The notes below the pieces were generated by a model. That model had not been told where the DNA came from, searched no databases, and saw only the letters and a program-made list of their open reading frames with translations. A DNA stretch of 64,000 nt, from the NCBI GenBank assembly GCA_965204755.1, contig OZ242011.1:1280001-1344000 (forward strand). Reading direction: 5' to 3'. Numbering within the stretch: the stretch's first letter is position 1; each line of letters opens with the position of its first letter. The stretch is from Candidatus Marinacidobacterium sp. (lineage in GTDB: Bacteria; Acidobacteriota; Vicinamibacteria; Marinacidobacterales; Marinacidobacteraceae). Of this stretch, positions 17,676 through 27,017 are shown piece by piece. The position numbers and the translations under genes are program-made.

Positions 17676-20543
17676 TCAGAACGCGAACTTCACCCCGACG
17701 AAGGCCCTCCGGGGATCGATCCACCGTTCGCCCACGCCGAAGAGCGACGATCCGAACGCCTGTGAACCCAAGTCCTCGGTCGCCGTCGAATTGAAGATGT
17801 TGAGAATGTCCACGAGCGGCTCGATCTTCCCGCGTTCGCCGAAGTAGAACGCCCTGGATATCCGCAGATCGAGAAGGTTCTGCACTTCCAGCCGCCGGGA
17901 GCCGGGCGAATTCAGGTAGATGTTGGTTCCACCCTGCGGAAGGACATCCTTCGGCACTCGATCCCTCACGCCCCATGGTTTGCCGTTGAAGAGCGCGTAG
18001 TTGAATCCGAAGAGGACATCGCCCGGAATCACGATCGCGCCGGTAACGCGGAAAGTATGCGTCCGGTCGTTCAGCAGGTGCCCCGTGGCGTTCGTGAACT
18101 GGTTCGGATCTCTCGCCAGTGAACTGTTATAGACCCTGGTCGTCTGGCTGGACGCGGCACCGAAACCGCTGGACGGCAACAGACCGTAGGCTCGGGACAA
18201 TACATAGGACACCTGCGCCTGCCACCGGTCCGCCATTCGTTTGTTCAGGATGAACACCAGCCCGTTGTAGTCCATGTAGAGGGGTCTGCAGTAGTACGAG
18301 ATGCCCTCGCAGGTCACATTGCTCAACCGGAAGTAGCGGTCGTTCGGGTCGGTGAGGATGGGATAGACATCGTAGGCCTGTCCGTCCTTCGCAGTCCAGG
18401 AAACGCGGCCGTAAGACGCGTTGTCGGTGTTCCAGCCGAGCATGTCGTTCTGGTCCTTGCGCACATAGGAAAAACCGAACGCGAACCCCGCGGAGAGTTC
18501 CCGGTCGAAACCGATCGAGAATTGGTCCGTGCGCGGCGACCGGCCGTTCGGGTCGAAACCGAAATTCGTCGCGGCCTCGTACTTCGGCCCTTCGATGTCG
18601 TACATCCCGGTCTCGGCGTTCCAATACCACTCCTGCGAGTTCCCCTGCCCCGGATGGACACCGGACATCTCGCCCGTGATCGCCGCCCGGTAGAAGCGCC
18701 CGAAATTGCCGCGAAGCACGGTGCGGCCGTCTTCGTCGAGTTTGATGTTGAAGCCGACCCTGGGCCCCCAGTTCGTCCATTCGTAGAGTTCCCCGGCGCC
18801 CGGCGCGGCGCCCTGCGCTTCGAATTGCATGTCCGCGATGTCCGTAGCCACGAGGTTGTCGAGATCCGGGCTGATCCCCCGCACCCGGTCGAATCGCAGC
18901 CCGGCGGAGATCGTGGCGCGGTTCCCGATGTTGAGCACATCCTCGGCGAAGACGCCCAACTCCCGGAATTCGCCGCCGACATTGTAGTTCGAACCGAGCG
19001 AGATGTAGTTGGGACTGCCGTCACCGTTGTCGTAATAGACGACCCCGCCCGGATAGTTCGGCCCGGGTGTATAGCCTCCGTGCGAACTGTGGTTTCCGAT
19101 CACATAGGAGACGCCGAACTTGAAGTCGTGGTCGCCGCCCATCCAGTCGCTGGCGTAGTGGCTCACCTTCGCCTTCACTTCCGTTCGCCCCTGCTTGAAG
19201 ATGTCGAACGAGGGCGCGCCGCCGGAGGCGATTCCGTTGTCGATGTCGTTTCGGCGCGGCACGCCCGGGTTGTTCGGCCGGCTGACATCACGGGGCGAGT
19301 AGAAACCGGAGAGGGCCAACTCGTAGAAGGTGCTGTCCGACAGGATGTGCGTGATGCGGCCGAAAGTCACCGCGGGGTTGTTGCCGCTGAAAGTCCACGC
19401 GGCCTCGAACGGACGGCTGACGGAGGGCGTGGACGGGATCACCCACCAGTCGTTGTGGTAGGTGTGCATGAACTTGACATTGGGCGTGATGTCGGCGGTT
19501 ACCTTCCAAAAGGCCCGGTGCGCCCCGAACTCTCGCGGATGCTCGGGATTCGTGCCCGGCTGGTTGTCCCAGTCCTGGAGATACTGGTATCCGCCATAGA
19601 TCCAAGCGCGGTCGCGAATGATCGGCCCCCCGACATGCGCCGTGGCATCGATGTACTTGTTGCGGGTGAAACCCCAACCGTCGGAGTCCATTTCGCCGTC
19701 CGCGTTGACCCGGACCGGCTTGGAAGTCAGGCGATCGAACATGCCGAAGTAGGCGCCATCGGCGCGATACTCGTTCGTGCCCTGCTTGGTCACGACATTG
19801 AAGACGGCCCCGGCGGCGCTTCCGTACTCGGCGGAGGCGCCGAGGGACACGATCTCCATTTCCTCGATCACATCGGTGTCCGGCCACGGCCAGGCGGCGC
19901 CCGACACCGGGGCGGTGAAGTCCACGCCGTCCATGAGGTACCGGTTCTCGTCCACGCCGGACCCGAACGCCGACACCCGGCTGCTCGTGCCGCTGGTCGG
20001 ATTCGTCGCCGACATCCCCGGGGCGCTCTTGGTGAAGTCGAAGAAACTGAAGCGCCGCAGCGGCGTATTCTCCATGTACTCGTTGGAGAAGTTCGTCGAG
20101 ACCCCGGACCTCCGCGTATCGACGACCGGACTCTCGCCGGTCACCGTCACCGTCTCGGCCACGGCGGCCAGCCCGAGCGAAACGGCCCGTTCCGTCGTCC
20201 CTCCGAGCAGCACGACCATCCCTTCCTCGATGTAGGTCCCGAATCCGGAGAGTTCCACCCGGAGCACATAGTCGCCGGGCGGCAGGTTCGGAAAGCGGAA
20301 ATCCCCGGTTGCGTCCGCGGTCGTCGCGAGTGTCCCCACGGCGAGCGCCTCCGAGGTGACGGTCACCGTCGCGCCCGGAAGGATGCCCCCCTGATCGTCG
20401 GTGACCGTTCCCAGAATCGCCCCGGTCGTCTGTCCCGAGGCCGTACCGACCGAGAACAGGAGTCCGACCAGCGCCGCCGCTCCGCGAAGAATGTGTGTTC
20501 CGGACACCGCGAACCCTCCTGAAGGGATGTTGGAACGCCGCAC
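17676..20543 (-). CDS. TonB-dependent receptor, Oar-like, with N-terminal carboxypeptidase-regulatory-like domain
   Basis: Signal peptide; motifs GTVTD.QG..LPGATVT, ETVTVTGESPVVDT and AEYG.AAGAVFNVVTKQG; C-terminal beta-strand ending in F. Confidence 0.92.
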   Translation of the reverse strand: MRRSNIPSGGFAVSGTHILRGAAALVGLLFSVGTASGQTTGAILGTVTDDQGGILPGATVTVTSEALAVGTLATTADATGDFRFPNLPPGDYVLRVELSGFGTYIEEGMVVLLGGTTERAVSLGLAAVAETVTVTGESPVVDTRRSGVSTNFSNEYMENTPLRRFSFFDFTKSAPGMSATNPTSGTSSRVSAFGSGVDENRYLMDGVDFTAPVSGAAWPWPDTDVIEEMEIVSLGASAEYGSAAGAVFNVVTKQGTNEYRADGAYFGMFDRLTSKPVRVNADGEMDSDGWGFTRNKYIDATAHVGGPIIRDRAWIYGGYQYLQDWDNQPGTNPEHPREFGAHRAFWKVTADITPNVKFMHTYHNDWWVIPSTPSVSRPFEAAWTFSGNNPAVTFGRITHILSDSTFYELALSGFYSPRDVSRPNNPGVPRRNDIDNGIASGGAPSFDIFKQGRTEVKAKVSHYASDWMGGDHDFKFGVSYVIGNHSSHGGYTPGPNYPGGVVYYDNGDGSPNYISLGSNYNVGGEFRELGVFAEDVLNIGNRATISAGLRFDRVRGISPDLDNLVATDIADMQFEAQGAAPGAGELYEWTNWGPRVGFNIKLDEDGRTVLRGNFGRFYRAAITGEMSGVHPGQGNSQEWYWNAETGMYDIEGPKYEAATNFGFDPNGRSPRTDQFSIGFDRELSAGFAFGFSYVRKDQNDMLGWNTDNASYGRVSWTAKDGQAYDVYPILTDPNDRYFRLSNVTCEGISYYCRPLYMDYNGLVFILNKRMADRWQAQVSYVLSRAYGLLPSSGFGAASSQTTRVYNSSLARDPNQFTNATGHLLNDRTHTFRVTGAIVIPGDVLFGFNYALFNGKPWGVRDRVPKDVLPQGGTNIYLNSPGSRRLEVQNLLDLRISRAFYFGERGKIEPLVDILNIFNSTATEDLGSQAFGSSLFGVGERWIDPRRAFVGVKFAF

Positions 20544-20740
20544 CGGCCACCGGCGAGCCGTCCATAGCCCGGCGCCGATCGGCGTAATTTGGAGGAGCGT
20601 ATTTATCCGATTCTCCGGGATCTGTCAAATCGAATCCGGCGGTTCACGGCGGCGGAGCAAGCCGCGCGGTCGCCGACGCCCGACGCGGACCTCGGGCGCC
20701 CGGGCTTCCGGCAGCCTCCCGCGCCGGCCGGGAACCGGGC

Positions 20741-20746
20741 GATAAT
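20741..20746 (+). promoter_or_regulatory. -10 box of a probable leaderless promoter
   Basis: GATAAT lies 7 nt before the ATG at 20754; no Shine-Dalgarno is visible. Confidence 0.55.
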
Positions 20747-20753
20747 CGGCCTG

Positions 20754-23069
20754 ATGACTCGGGGCCGCGGGCGAGTCGCCGGGGCGGGCATCGCCGCCGG
20801 ACTCGCCGGGATCGCCGCTCTCGGCCTCGGCAGGTGCGGGAGTTTTCCCGGAGGCGCCGACCCGATCCGGCCCCTGAATGTGGTCGTCGTCACCCTCGAC
20901 ACCCTCTCGGCGCGGCACCTCACCCCCTACGGCCAGACCCGGATCGAGACGCCGGCGTTCGAGCGCGTCGCCGCCGAGGGCGTCCTGTTCGAGCAGGCGG
21001 CGGCCACCGTCCCGCTGACCCTGCCCTCGCACTCCTCGATGTTCACCGGGACCTACCCCATGTTCCACGGGGTGCGGGACAACGGCGGCTACTACCTGCC
21101 CGAGGACTCGGAGACCCTCGCGGAGGCGCTCGCCGCCGCCGGGTACCGCACCGGGGCATTCACCGCGGCCTTCGTCGTGGACTCCCGATGGGGCCTCGAC
21201 CAGGGCTTCGAGCGGTACTTCGACGACTTCGATTTCCGGGAGTTCGAGCGGATCAGTCTGGACAGCGTCCAGCGGCCCGGCGACGAAGTCCTCGACGAAG
21301 CGATCCGCTGGATGGAGGGCGTCCGGGGCGAGCGGTTTTTCGCCTGGCTCCACTTCTACGACCCCCACTGGCCCTACGAGCCGCCGGAACCCTGGCGGTC
21401 CGCCGCCGGTGACTACCCGGAAGCCGCCTACGACAGCGAAGTGGCGTTCACCGATTCCCTCGTCGGCCGGCTGCTCGACTGGCTGGACGAGACCGGGCTG
21501 GCGGAAGACACCCTGCTGGCGCTGATCGCCGACCACGGCGAGAGCCTGGGGCGCCACCGGGAGGGCGCCCACGGGTTCTTCATCTACGACGCCACGATGG
21601 CGGTCCCCTTCCTCCTGCGGACGCCCTACCGGCAAGTCGGCGGCGGCCGCCGCGTTTCGGCGCAGGTGCGCGGCATCGACCTGATGCCCACGGTGCTCGA
21701 CCTGGTGGGCGTTCCCGTTCCGGAAGCGGTGCAGGGGGAGAGTCTCGTCCCGCTGGCGGACGGCTCGGTGGACGACCTGGGGCTGTGGGCCTACTCGGAG
21801 AGCCTCTACCCGAGGAACCACTACGGCTGGTCGCCCCTCCGGTCGCTCCGGAACGGCATCCTCCACTTCATCTCCGCCCCCCGCCCGGAACTCTTCGAAG
21901 TGGCCTCCGACACCGGCGAAACGACCGACCTGGCGCGGTCCCGGCCGGGCCAGGTGCGCCAACTGGAACGGCTGCTGGCCCGGATCACCGACGAGTTCTC
22001 GGCGGAGGAGCGGAGCGGCGCAGAGCCGGAAACGCTGGACGAGGACACCCGCGCCCAGTTGGCCGCCCTCGGCTACCTGGGCGGCTCGTCCCGGGTGGCG
22101 GTGGAGGAAGGGGCGGCGCTGGCGGACCCGAAGGACAAGATCGCGCTCTACAACCTCCTGAAGGCCGCCGGGACCGACTCCTCGGAGGATCGGGTGGACG
22201 AGGCGCTCGCCAAGGTGGGGCGGGTGCTGGCGGAGGACGACGCCATCCTCGAGGCGCACCTGGTCCGGGGCAACCTGCTGCGGAAACTCGAGGACTGGGA
22301 CGGGGCGGTCGCCGCCTACCGGCGGACGCTCGAACTCGACCCCGGGTACAAGTCGGGGATCCTCGGCCTGGCGGACGCCTACCGGCTGGCGGAGCGCTAC
22401 GAGGAGGCCGCCGCCGGCTACCGGCGCCTGCTGGAACTCGACCCGAACGACAACAAGGCGCACTTCCACCTGGCGGAGATCCGCGCCGCGCAGGAGGACT
22501 ACGACGCCGCGCTGGAAGTGCTGGCCGGGCTCGAGGCCACCGGGGAGGAGCGCGCCCCGGCGCGGAACCTGAAGGGGCAGGTCCTGCTCAGCCTCGGCCG
22601 GCTCGACGAAGCGGAAGCGGAGTTCCGCCGGGCGCTCGCCATGGACGACGAACTCTCGGACGCCTGGTACAACCTGGCGCTGCTGTTCGAGCAGCGGGGC
22701 AACGCCGACCGGGCGCTCGACGCCTACGAGACGCGGCTCTCGATGGCGCCCCGGGACTTCCGGTCCCACTTCAACGCCGCCAAGTTGTACGGGGCGCTGG
22801 GGGACCGGGAGCGGATGGAGGCGTCCTTCCGCGCCGCGGTGGAGGCGAACCGGGAGTTCGCCGTGGGCCATCTCTACCTGGCGAAGGCGCTGCTCGACCG
22901 GGGGGAACTGGCGGAGGCGGAAGAAACCGCGCTCCGCGGACTGGCCCTCGACCCGGAGCGGGAGATGGCTCCCCTCGGCCACTTCGTCCTCGCCGATGTG
23001 TACAACCGCCTGGGCCGCCCGCGGGACGCGGAGCGCGAAGTCGCCCGGGCGCGCGCCCTCTCCCGCTGA
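20754..23069 (+). CDS. Sulfatase-like hydrolase with C-terminal TPR repeats
   Basis: Motifs NVVVVTLDTL, TLPSHSSMFTG, WLHFYDPH, ADHGE and IDLMPT; about eight TPR units; ATG at 20754 inside ORF 20589..23069. Confidence 0.9.
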   Translation: MTRGRGRVAGAGIAAGLAGIAALGLGRCGSFPGGADPIRPLNVVVVTLDTLSARHLTPYGQTRIETPAFERVAAEGVLFEQAAATVPLTLPSHSSMFTGTYPMFHGVRDNGGYYLPEDSETLAEALAAAGYRTGAFTAAFVVDSRWGLDQGFERYFDDFDFREFERISLDSVQRPGDEVLDEAIRWMEGVRGERFFAWLHFYDPHWPYEPPEPWRSAAGDYPEAAYDSEVAFTDSLVGRLLDWLDETGLAEDTLLALIADHGESLGRHREGAHGFFIYDATMAVPFLLRTPYRQVGGGRRVSAQVRGIDLMPTVLDLVGVPVPEAVQGESLVPLADGSVDDLGLWAYSESLYPRNHYGWSPLRSLRNGILHFISAPRPELFEVASDTGETTDLARSRPGQVRQLERLLARITDEFSAEERSGAEPETLDEDTRAQLAALGYLGGSSRVAVEEGAALADPKDKIALYNLLKAAGTDSSEDRVDEALAKVGRVLAEDDAILEAHLVRGNLLRKLEDWDGAVAAYRRTLELDPGYKSGILGLADAYRLAERYEEAAAGYRRLLELDPNDNKAHFHLAEIRAAQEDYDAALEVLAGLEATGEERAPARNLKGQVLLSLGRLDEAEAEFRRALAMDDELSDAWYNLALLFEQRGNADRALDAYETRLSMAPRDFRSHFNAAKLYGALGDRERMEASFRAAVEANREFAVGHLYLAKALLDRGELAEAEETALRGLALDPEREMAPLGHFVLADVYNRLGRPRDAEREVARARALSR

Positions 23070-23149
23070 GTGCCCCTTCCGGGCCGGAACCCGGCCACCG
23101 GGAGCGAAGGCCGGCGACGATGCCCCCGGGGCGGCCGGACGAAGACGAG

Positions 23150-23482
23150 GAGGGGACACGCAACAGGGAAATCCCGAGGGGACATCCAAAGGGACGACCG
23201 GCGCCCCAAAACCGGGAGGGTCTTGGAGTAATGTCATATTTTTCAACCAGTTATCGAGAGGAATACGGCGCGTCCCAAGGGACATCGGAGGGGACGCCGC
23301 AGAGGACATTTCCGGCGCCGGAACAGGGCTCGGAAGAACACCCGGAAAAGGACAAGATAGTGGACATATGGTTTGACAAAATGGAGGACATTTTCGAGAA
23401 GTATCGTGTATAAATATAAGTAAATATTGATATTTTCCATGATTCGATCCGGGACATCGGTCGTGACATAGCAAGGGACATT
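23150..23482 (+). repeat. Array of 12-bp-phased GGACA/TGACA boxes in four clusters with AT-rich spacers
   Basis: Box starts: 23154, 23180, 23192; 23280, 23292, 23304; 23350, 23362, 23374, 23386; 23452, 23464, 23476. Weaker in-phase TGATA at 23428 and TGATT at 23440. Confidence 0.8.
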
Positions 23483-23489
23483 CCTGCGC

Positions 23490-23495
23490 TACACT
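23490..23495 (+). promoter_or_regulatory. -10 box of a probable leaderless fic promoter
   Basis: TACACT lies 6 nt before the GTG at 23502. Confidence 0.55.
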
Positions 23496-23501
23496 TGCCC
23501 C

Positions 23502-24749
23502 GTGAGCGAGTCGGGGCGGCCCTACCGCCAGTCCCATCCATGGCTGACTTTCCGCATGGACCTCTCTCGCGCCCCGCCTTCGCTGTGGGCGCTGCTGGGA
23601 CAGGCGCTGGCGATGTGCCGGCAAGTCGCCACCGCGATCCTCCCGGCGCCGGCGCGGGCGCAACTTCGGCATCTCTACCTGACCAAGGGCGCGCAGGCCA
23701 CGACGGCCATCGAGGGCAACACGCTCTCCGACGAGGAGGTCGAGGCCGTGATCGAGGGGACGGCGAACATTCCTCCCTCGCGGGCCTACCAAGAGACGGA
23801 ACTCCGGAATGTGGTGCAGGCCTTCGACGAAACCCTGCAGGCGCTCGACCGGGACCCCGATACGCGGTTGACGCCCGATCGGATCACCGCCTACAACCGC
23901 GGAGTTCTCAACGGCCTCGAGGAGCGCCTCGAAGAGGGAGTGGTCCCGGGAGAGATCCCCGAACACTCGGTCGGCGTCCGGGGAGCCGGGTACCGAGGCG
24001 CTCCGCGAAGCGACTGCGACTACCTGCTCGCGGAGTTGTGCCGGATGGTGGAACCTTCGGCGCAACTCGCGGCCGCCTTCCCGCCGGACGCCGAAAATCG
24101 GATGGCGACCGCCCTCGCGCACGCGATCCAGGCGCACCTCTATATCGCCTGGATTCATCCCTACGGCGACGGGAACGGGCGCACGGCCCGCCTCGTCGAG
24201 TTCTTCCTGCTGGTCCGCGCCGGCGTCGCGCCCGAGTGCGCCCACCTGCTGAGCAACCACTACAACCGAACGCGCCCCTCCTACTACTACGAACTCCAGA
24301 GGGCGAGCGCGGCGAATCGAGGAGCCGGCGACCCGCTGGGGTTCGTCGTCTACGCCCTGCGAGGGTTCGTGGATGGCCTGAGGGAACAGATCCGGGATGT
24401 GGAGCGCTTCCAGGAACGAATCGCCTGGGACAGTTTCGTCCAGGAGGTCGCGCGAGCCGAAGGGGGTTCGGCCGCGATGGCGGAGCGCCGCCACCGGGTC
24501 GCCGTCGCCCTGGCGGACACCGGCCCCACTCGAATGCGGGCCATTCCCGGCCTGACACCCGACTTGGCGCGACGCTACGCCGGCAAGGCGCTCAGGACGC
24601 TGAGCCGCGACCTGCGCTGGCTCGTAGAGCATGGTCTTCTCAAGGAGACAGACGGCGCGTTCGCCGCGCGCACCGACCTCCTAAGAGCCATCGGACTCTC
24701 CACGCGGCGGGCCGCTCGCGACGACGCCGCCGGGCGCGGTCAGAATTAG
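23502..24749 (+). CDS. Class II Fic-domain protein with C-terminal winged HTH
   Basis: Fic motif HPYGDGNGRTAR, N-terminal inhibitory motif TTAIEGN, and C-terminal RTLSRDLRWLVEHGLL helix-wing. Confidence 0.92.
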   Translation: MSESGRPYRQSHPWLTFRMDLSRAPPSLWALLGQALAMCRQVATAILPAPARAQLRHLYLTKGAQATTAIEGNTLSDEEVEAVIEGTANIPPSRAYQETELRNVVQAFDETLQALDRDPDTRLTPDRITAYNRGVLNGLEERLEEGVVPGEIPEHSVGVRGAGYRGAPRSDCDYLLAELCRMVEPSAQLAAAFPPDAENRMATALAHAIQAHLYIAWIHPYGDGNGRTARLVEFFLLVRAGVAPECAHLLSNHYNRTRPSYYYELQRASAANRGAGDPLGFVVYALRGFVDGLREQIRDVERFQERIAWDSFVQEVARAEGGSAAMAERRHRVAVALADTGPTRMRAIPGLTPDLARRYAGKALRTLSRDLRWLVEHGLLKETDGAFAARTDLLRAIGLSTRRAARDDAAGRGQN

Positions 24750-24816
24750 GAACCCGGCGGCCGGAAGGGCGGGGCGAATCGCCCTCCCGGAGCGCGCCGC
24801 CAACGGAGCACCCCCC

Positions 24817-26946
24817 ATGACCAGAATCACCCCCCGGCTGGCCGCCGGCGCGGCGGTGGCGTTCGCCATCGGCTGCGGCGGCGGGAACGAGAGCGAGATG
24901 ACCGACAACCCCTTCCTCTCCGAAAGCACCCTCCCCTACCACCTGCCGCCGTTCGACCGGATCGAGGACGCGCACTTCCGCCCCGCCTTCGAAGCCGGGA
25001 TGGAGGCGCACCTCGCCGAAGTCGAAGCCATCGCCGCCTCCGGGGAAGCGCCGACTTTCGAGAACACGCTGGTGGCGCTGGAGCGGTCCGGGCGGCTGCT
25101 CGACCGGGTGGCCCGGACCTTCTTCAGTTTGGCCTCGGCGGACACGAACGAGGAGATCAACGCCATCCGCGCGGAGATGGCGCCTCGACTGGCGGCGCAC
25201 GCCGACGCCGTCCTGCTGGACGCCGACCTGTTCCGTCGGGTGGAGACCCTCTACGGGCAGCGCGCCGACCTGGGCCTCGGTCCGGAAGAGGTGCGTCTGG
25301 TCGAGCGCCACCACCGTGACTTCACCCGCGCCGGCGCGCGGCTCGCCGACCCGGAGAAGGAGCGGATGCGGGAGATCAACGCGGAGTTGGCCTCGCTCTC
25401 CGCCGAGTTCTCGGACAACACCCTGGACGAAGTGAACGCCTCGGCGATCGAGGTGGAGACCGCCGCCGAACTCGCCGGACTCTCCGAGGGCGAGATCGCA
25501 GCGGCCGCCGAAGCGGCGAAGGAACGAGGCGCCGAGGGCCGGTATGTCCTCGCGCTCCTGAACACCAGCGGCCAGCCGGCGCTCGCTTCATTGGAGGATC
25601 GCGCGCTCCGGGAGCGGATCATGAAGGCGTCCCTCGCCCGGGGCAGCAGCGGGGGCGAGCGCGACAACCGGGAAGTCATCGTCCGCATCGCCGCGCTCCG
25701 CGCCGAACGGGCGGCCCTGCTCGGCTACCCGAACCACGCCGCCTTCGTCCTCGAGGAACAGACCGCGCAGACCCTGGAAGCCGTCGACGAACGGCTGGCC
25801 GGCCTCACGCCGGCGGCCGTGGCGAACGCCCGGCGGGAGCGGGACGCGCTGGAGGCGCTCGCTCGCGCCGAGGGGGACGACCTCGACATCGCCGCCTGGG
25901 ATTGGTCGTACTACACGGAGAAACTGCGCGCGGAGCGCTTCGACTTCGACGAATCGCAACTGAAGCCCTACTTCGAAGTGGACGGCGTTCTGGAGAACGG
26001 CGTCTTCCACGCCGCCGCCCGCCTCTACGGCCTCCGGTTCGAGGAGCGCCCCGATCTTCCCGCCTACCACCCCGATGTCCGCATCTGGGAGGTCTTCGAG
26101 GAGGACGGGACGCCGCTCGGCCTGTTCCTCGGCGACTTCTACGCCCGGCCCTCGAAACGGGGCGGCGCCTGGATGAACGCCTATGTCCCGCAGTCGGGCC
26201 TCTTCGGGACGAAACCGGTCGTGGCGAACCACCTGAACATCCCCAAACCGCCGGAAGGCGAGCCGACGCTGCTGACCTTCGACGAAGTCATCACCCTGTT
26301 CCACGAGTTCGGCCACGCCCTCCACGGACTGTTCTCCTCGGTCCGCTATCCCACCTTCGCCGGCACTTCGGTGCCGCGCGACTTCGTGGAGTACCCCTCG
26401 CAGGTGAACGAGATGTGGGCCACCTGGCCGGAGGTGCTGCAAAACTACGCCGTCCACCACGAGACCGGCGAACCCATCCCGGCCGACCTCCTGGAACGCG
26501 TGCTCTCGGCCCGGACCTTCAACCAGGGCTTCGCCACCACGGAATACCTGGCGGCGACGCTGCTCGACCTCGCCTGGCACCGGCTGACGCCGGCGGAGGT
26601 CCCCGAGGCGTCCGGGGCGCTCGCCTTCGAGGAGTCCGCGCTCGAAGCCGCCGGGGCGTCGTTCGCCCCGGTCCCGCCACGCTACCGCAGCACCTACTTC
26701 TCCCACATCTGGAGCAGCGGCTACTCCGCCGGTTACTACTCCTACATCTGGAGCGAGGTGCTCGACGCCGACTCGGTGGAATGGTTCCGGGAGAACGGCG
26801 GCCTCACCCGCGAGAACGGCGACCACTTCCGCCGGACGCTCCTGTCGAAGGGCGGCAGCGTGGAGGCGATGGACCTCTACCGCGCCTTCCGGGGACGGGA
26901 CGCCGAAGTCGAACCGCTGCTGGAGCGCCGCGGCCTCGGCGGCTGA
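24817..26946 (+). CDS. dcp: M3 family metallopeptidase (peptidyl-dipeptidase Dcp), lipoprotein
   Basis: Motifs FHEFGHALH, KRGGAWM, RDFVEYPSQVNE and GYSAGYYSYIWSEVLDAD; lipobox AIGC. Confidence 0.92.
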   Translation: MTRITPRLAAGAAVAFAIGCGGGNESEMTDNPFLSESTLPYHLPPFDRIEDAHFRPAFEAGMEAHLAEVEAIAASGEAPTFENTLVALERSGRLLDRVARTFFSLASADTNEEINAIRAEMAPRLAAHADAVLLDADLFRRVETLYGQRADLGLGPEEVRLVERHHRDFTRAGARLADPEKERMREINAELASLSAEFSDNTLDEVNASAIEVETAAELAGLSEGEIAAAAEAAKERGAEGRYVLALLNTSGQPALASLEDRALRERIMKASLARGSSGGERDNREVIVRIAALRAERAALLGYPNHAAFVLEEQTAQTLEAVDERLAGLTPAAVANARRERDALEALARAEGDDLDIAAWDWSYYTEKLRAERFDFDESQLKPYFEVDGVLENGVFHAAARLYGLRFEERPDLPAYHPDVRIWEVFEEDGTPLGLFLGDFYARPSKRGGAWMNAYVPQSGLFGTKPVVANHLNIPKPPEGEPTLLTFDEVITLFHEFGHALHGLFSSVRYPTFAGTSVPRDFVEYPSQVNEMWATWPEVLQNYAVHHETGEPIPADLLERVLSARTFNQGFATTEYLAATLLDLAWHRLTPAEVPEASGALAFEESALEAAGASFAPVPPRYRSTYFSHIWSSGYSAGYYSYIWSEVLDADSVEWFRENGGLTRENGDHFRRTLLSKGGSVEAMDLYRAFRGRDAEVEPLLERRGLGG

Positions 26947-27017
26947 CGCCCGGGGCCCGCGCCGGCCGGGAGAGCGCCGGGCGCGGGCCGCCCCGCAGCG
27001 CCTTGCCGGCCGGCGCC

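Noticed and set aside
23231-23413. 60-aa ORF upstream of fic as a possible antitoxin
   Set aside because: Its sequence is explained by the DNA box array, the GGAG is only 2 nt from the ATG, and the Fic protein already carries its own inhibitory TTAIEGN motif. Not fully excluded.
23150-23482. GGACA array as a CRISPR array
   Set aside because: The repeats are 5-6 bp with 12-bp period, not 23-47-bp repeats with unique spacers, and there are no cas genes.
20625-24632. 1335-aa minus-strand ORF and many similar long alternative-frame ORFs (e.g. 6511..9243, 29714..32500, 45265..48300, 18522..20522)
   Set aside because: Shadow ORFs expected at high GC. They overlap well-supported genes and have Arg/Pro/Gly-rich or antisense-type composition with no motifs.
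26947-27017. GC-rich inverted repeats between convergent genes (also 51347-51363)
   Set aside because: No U-tract and no shared sequence between them, so they cannot be called REP elements or confident terminators.
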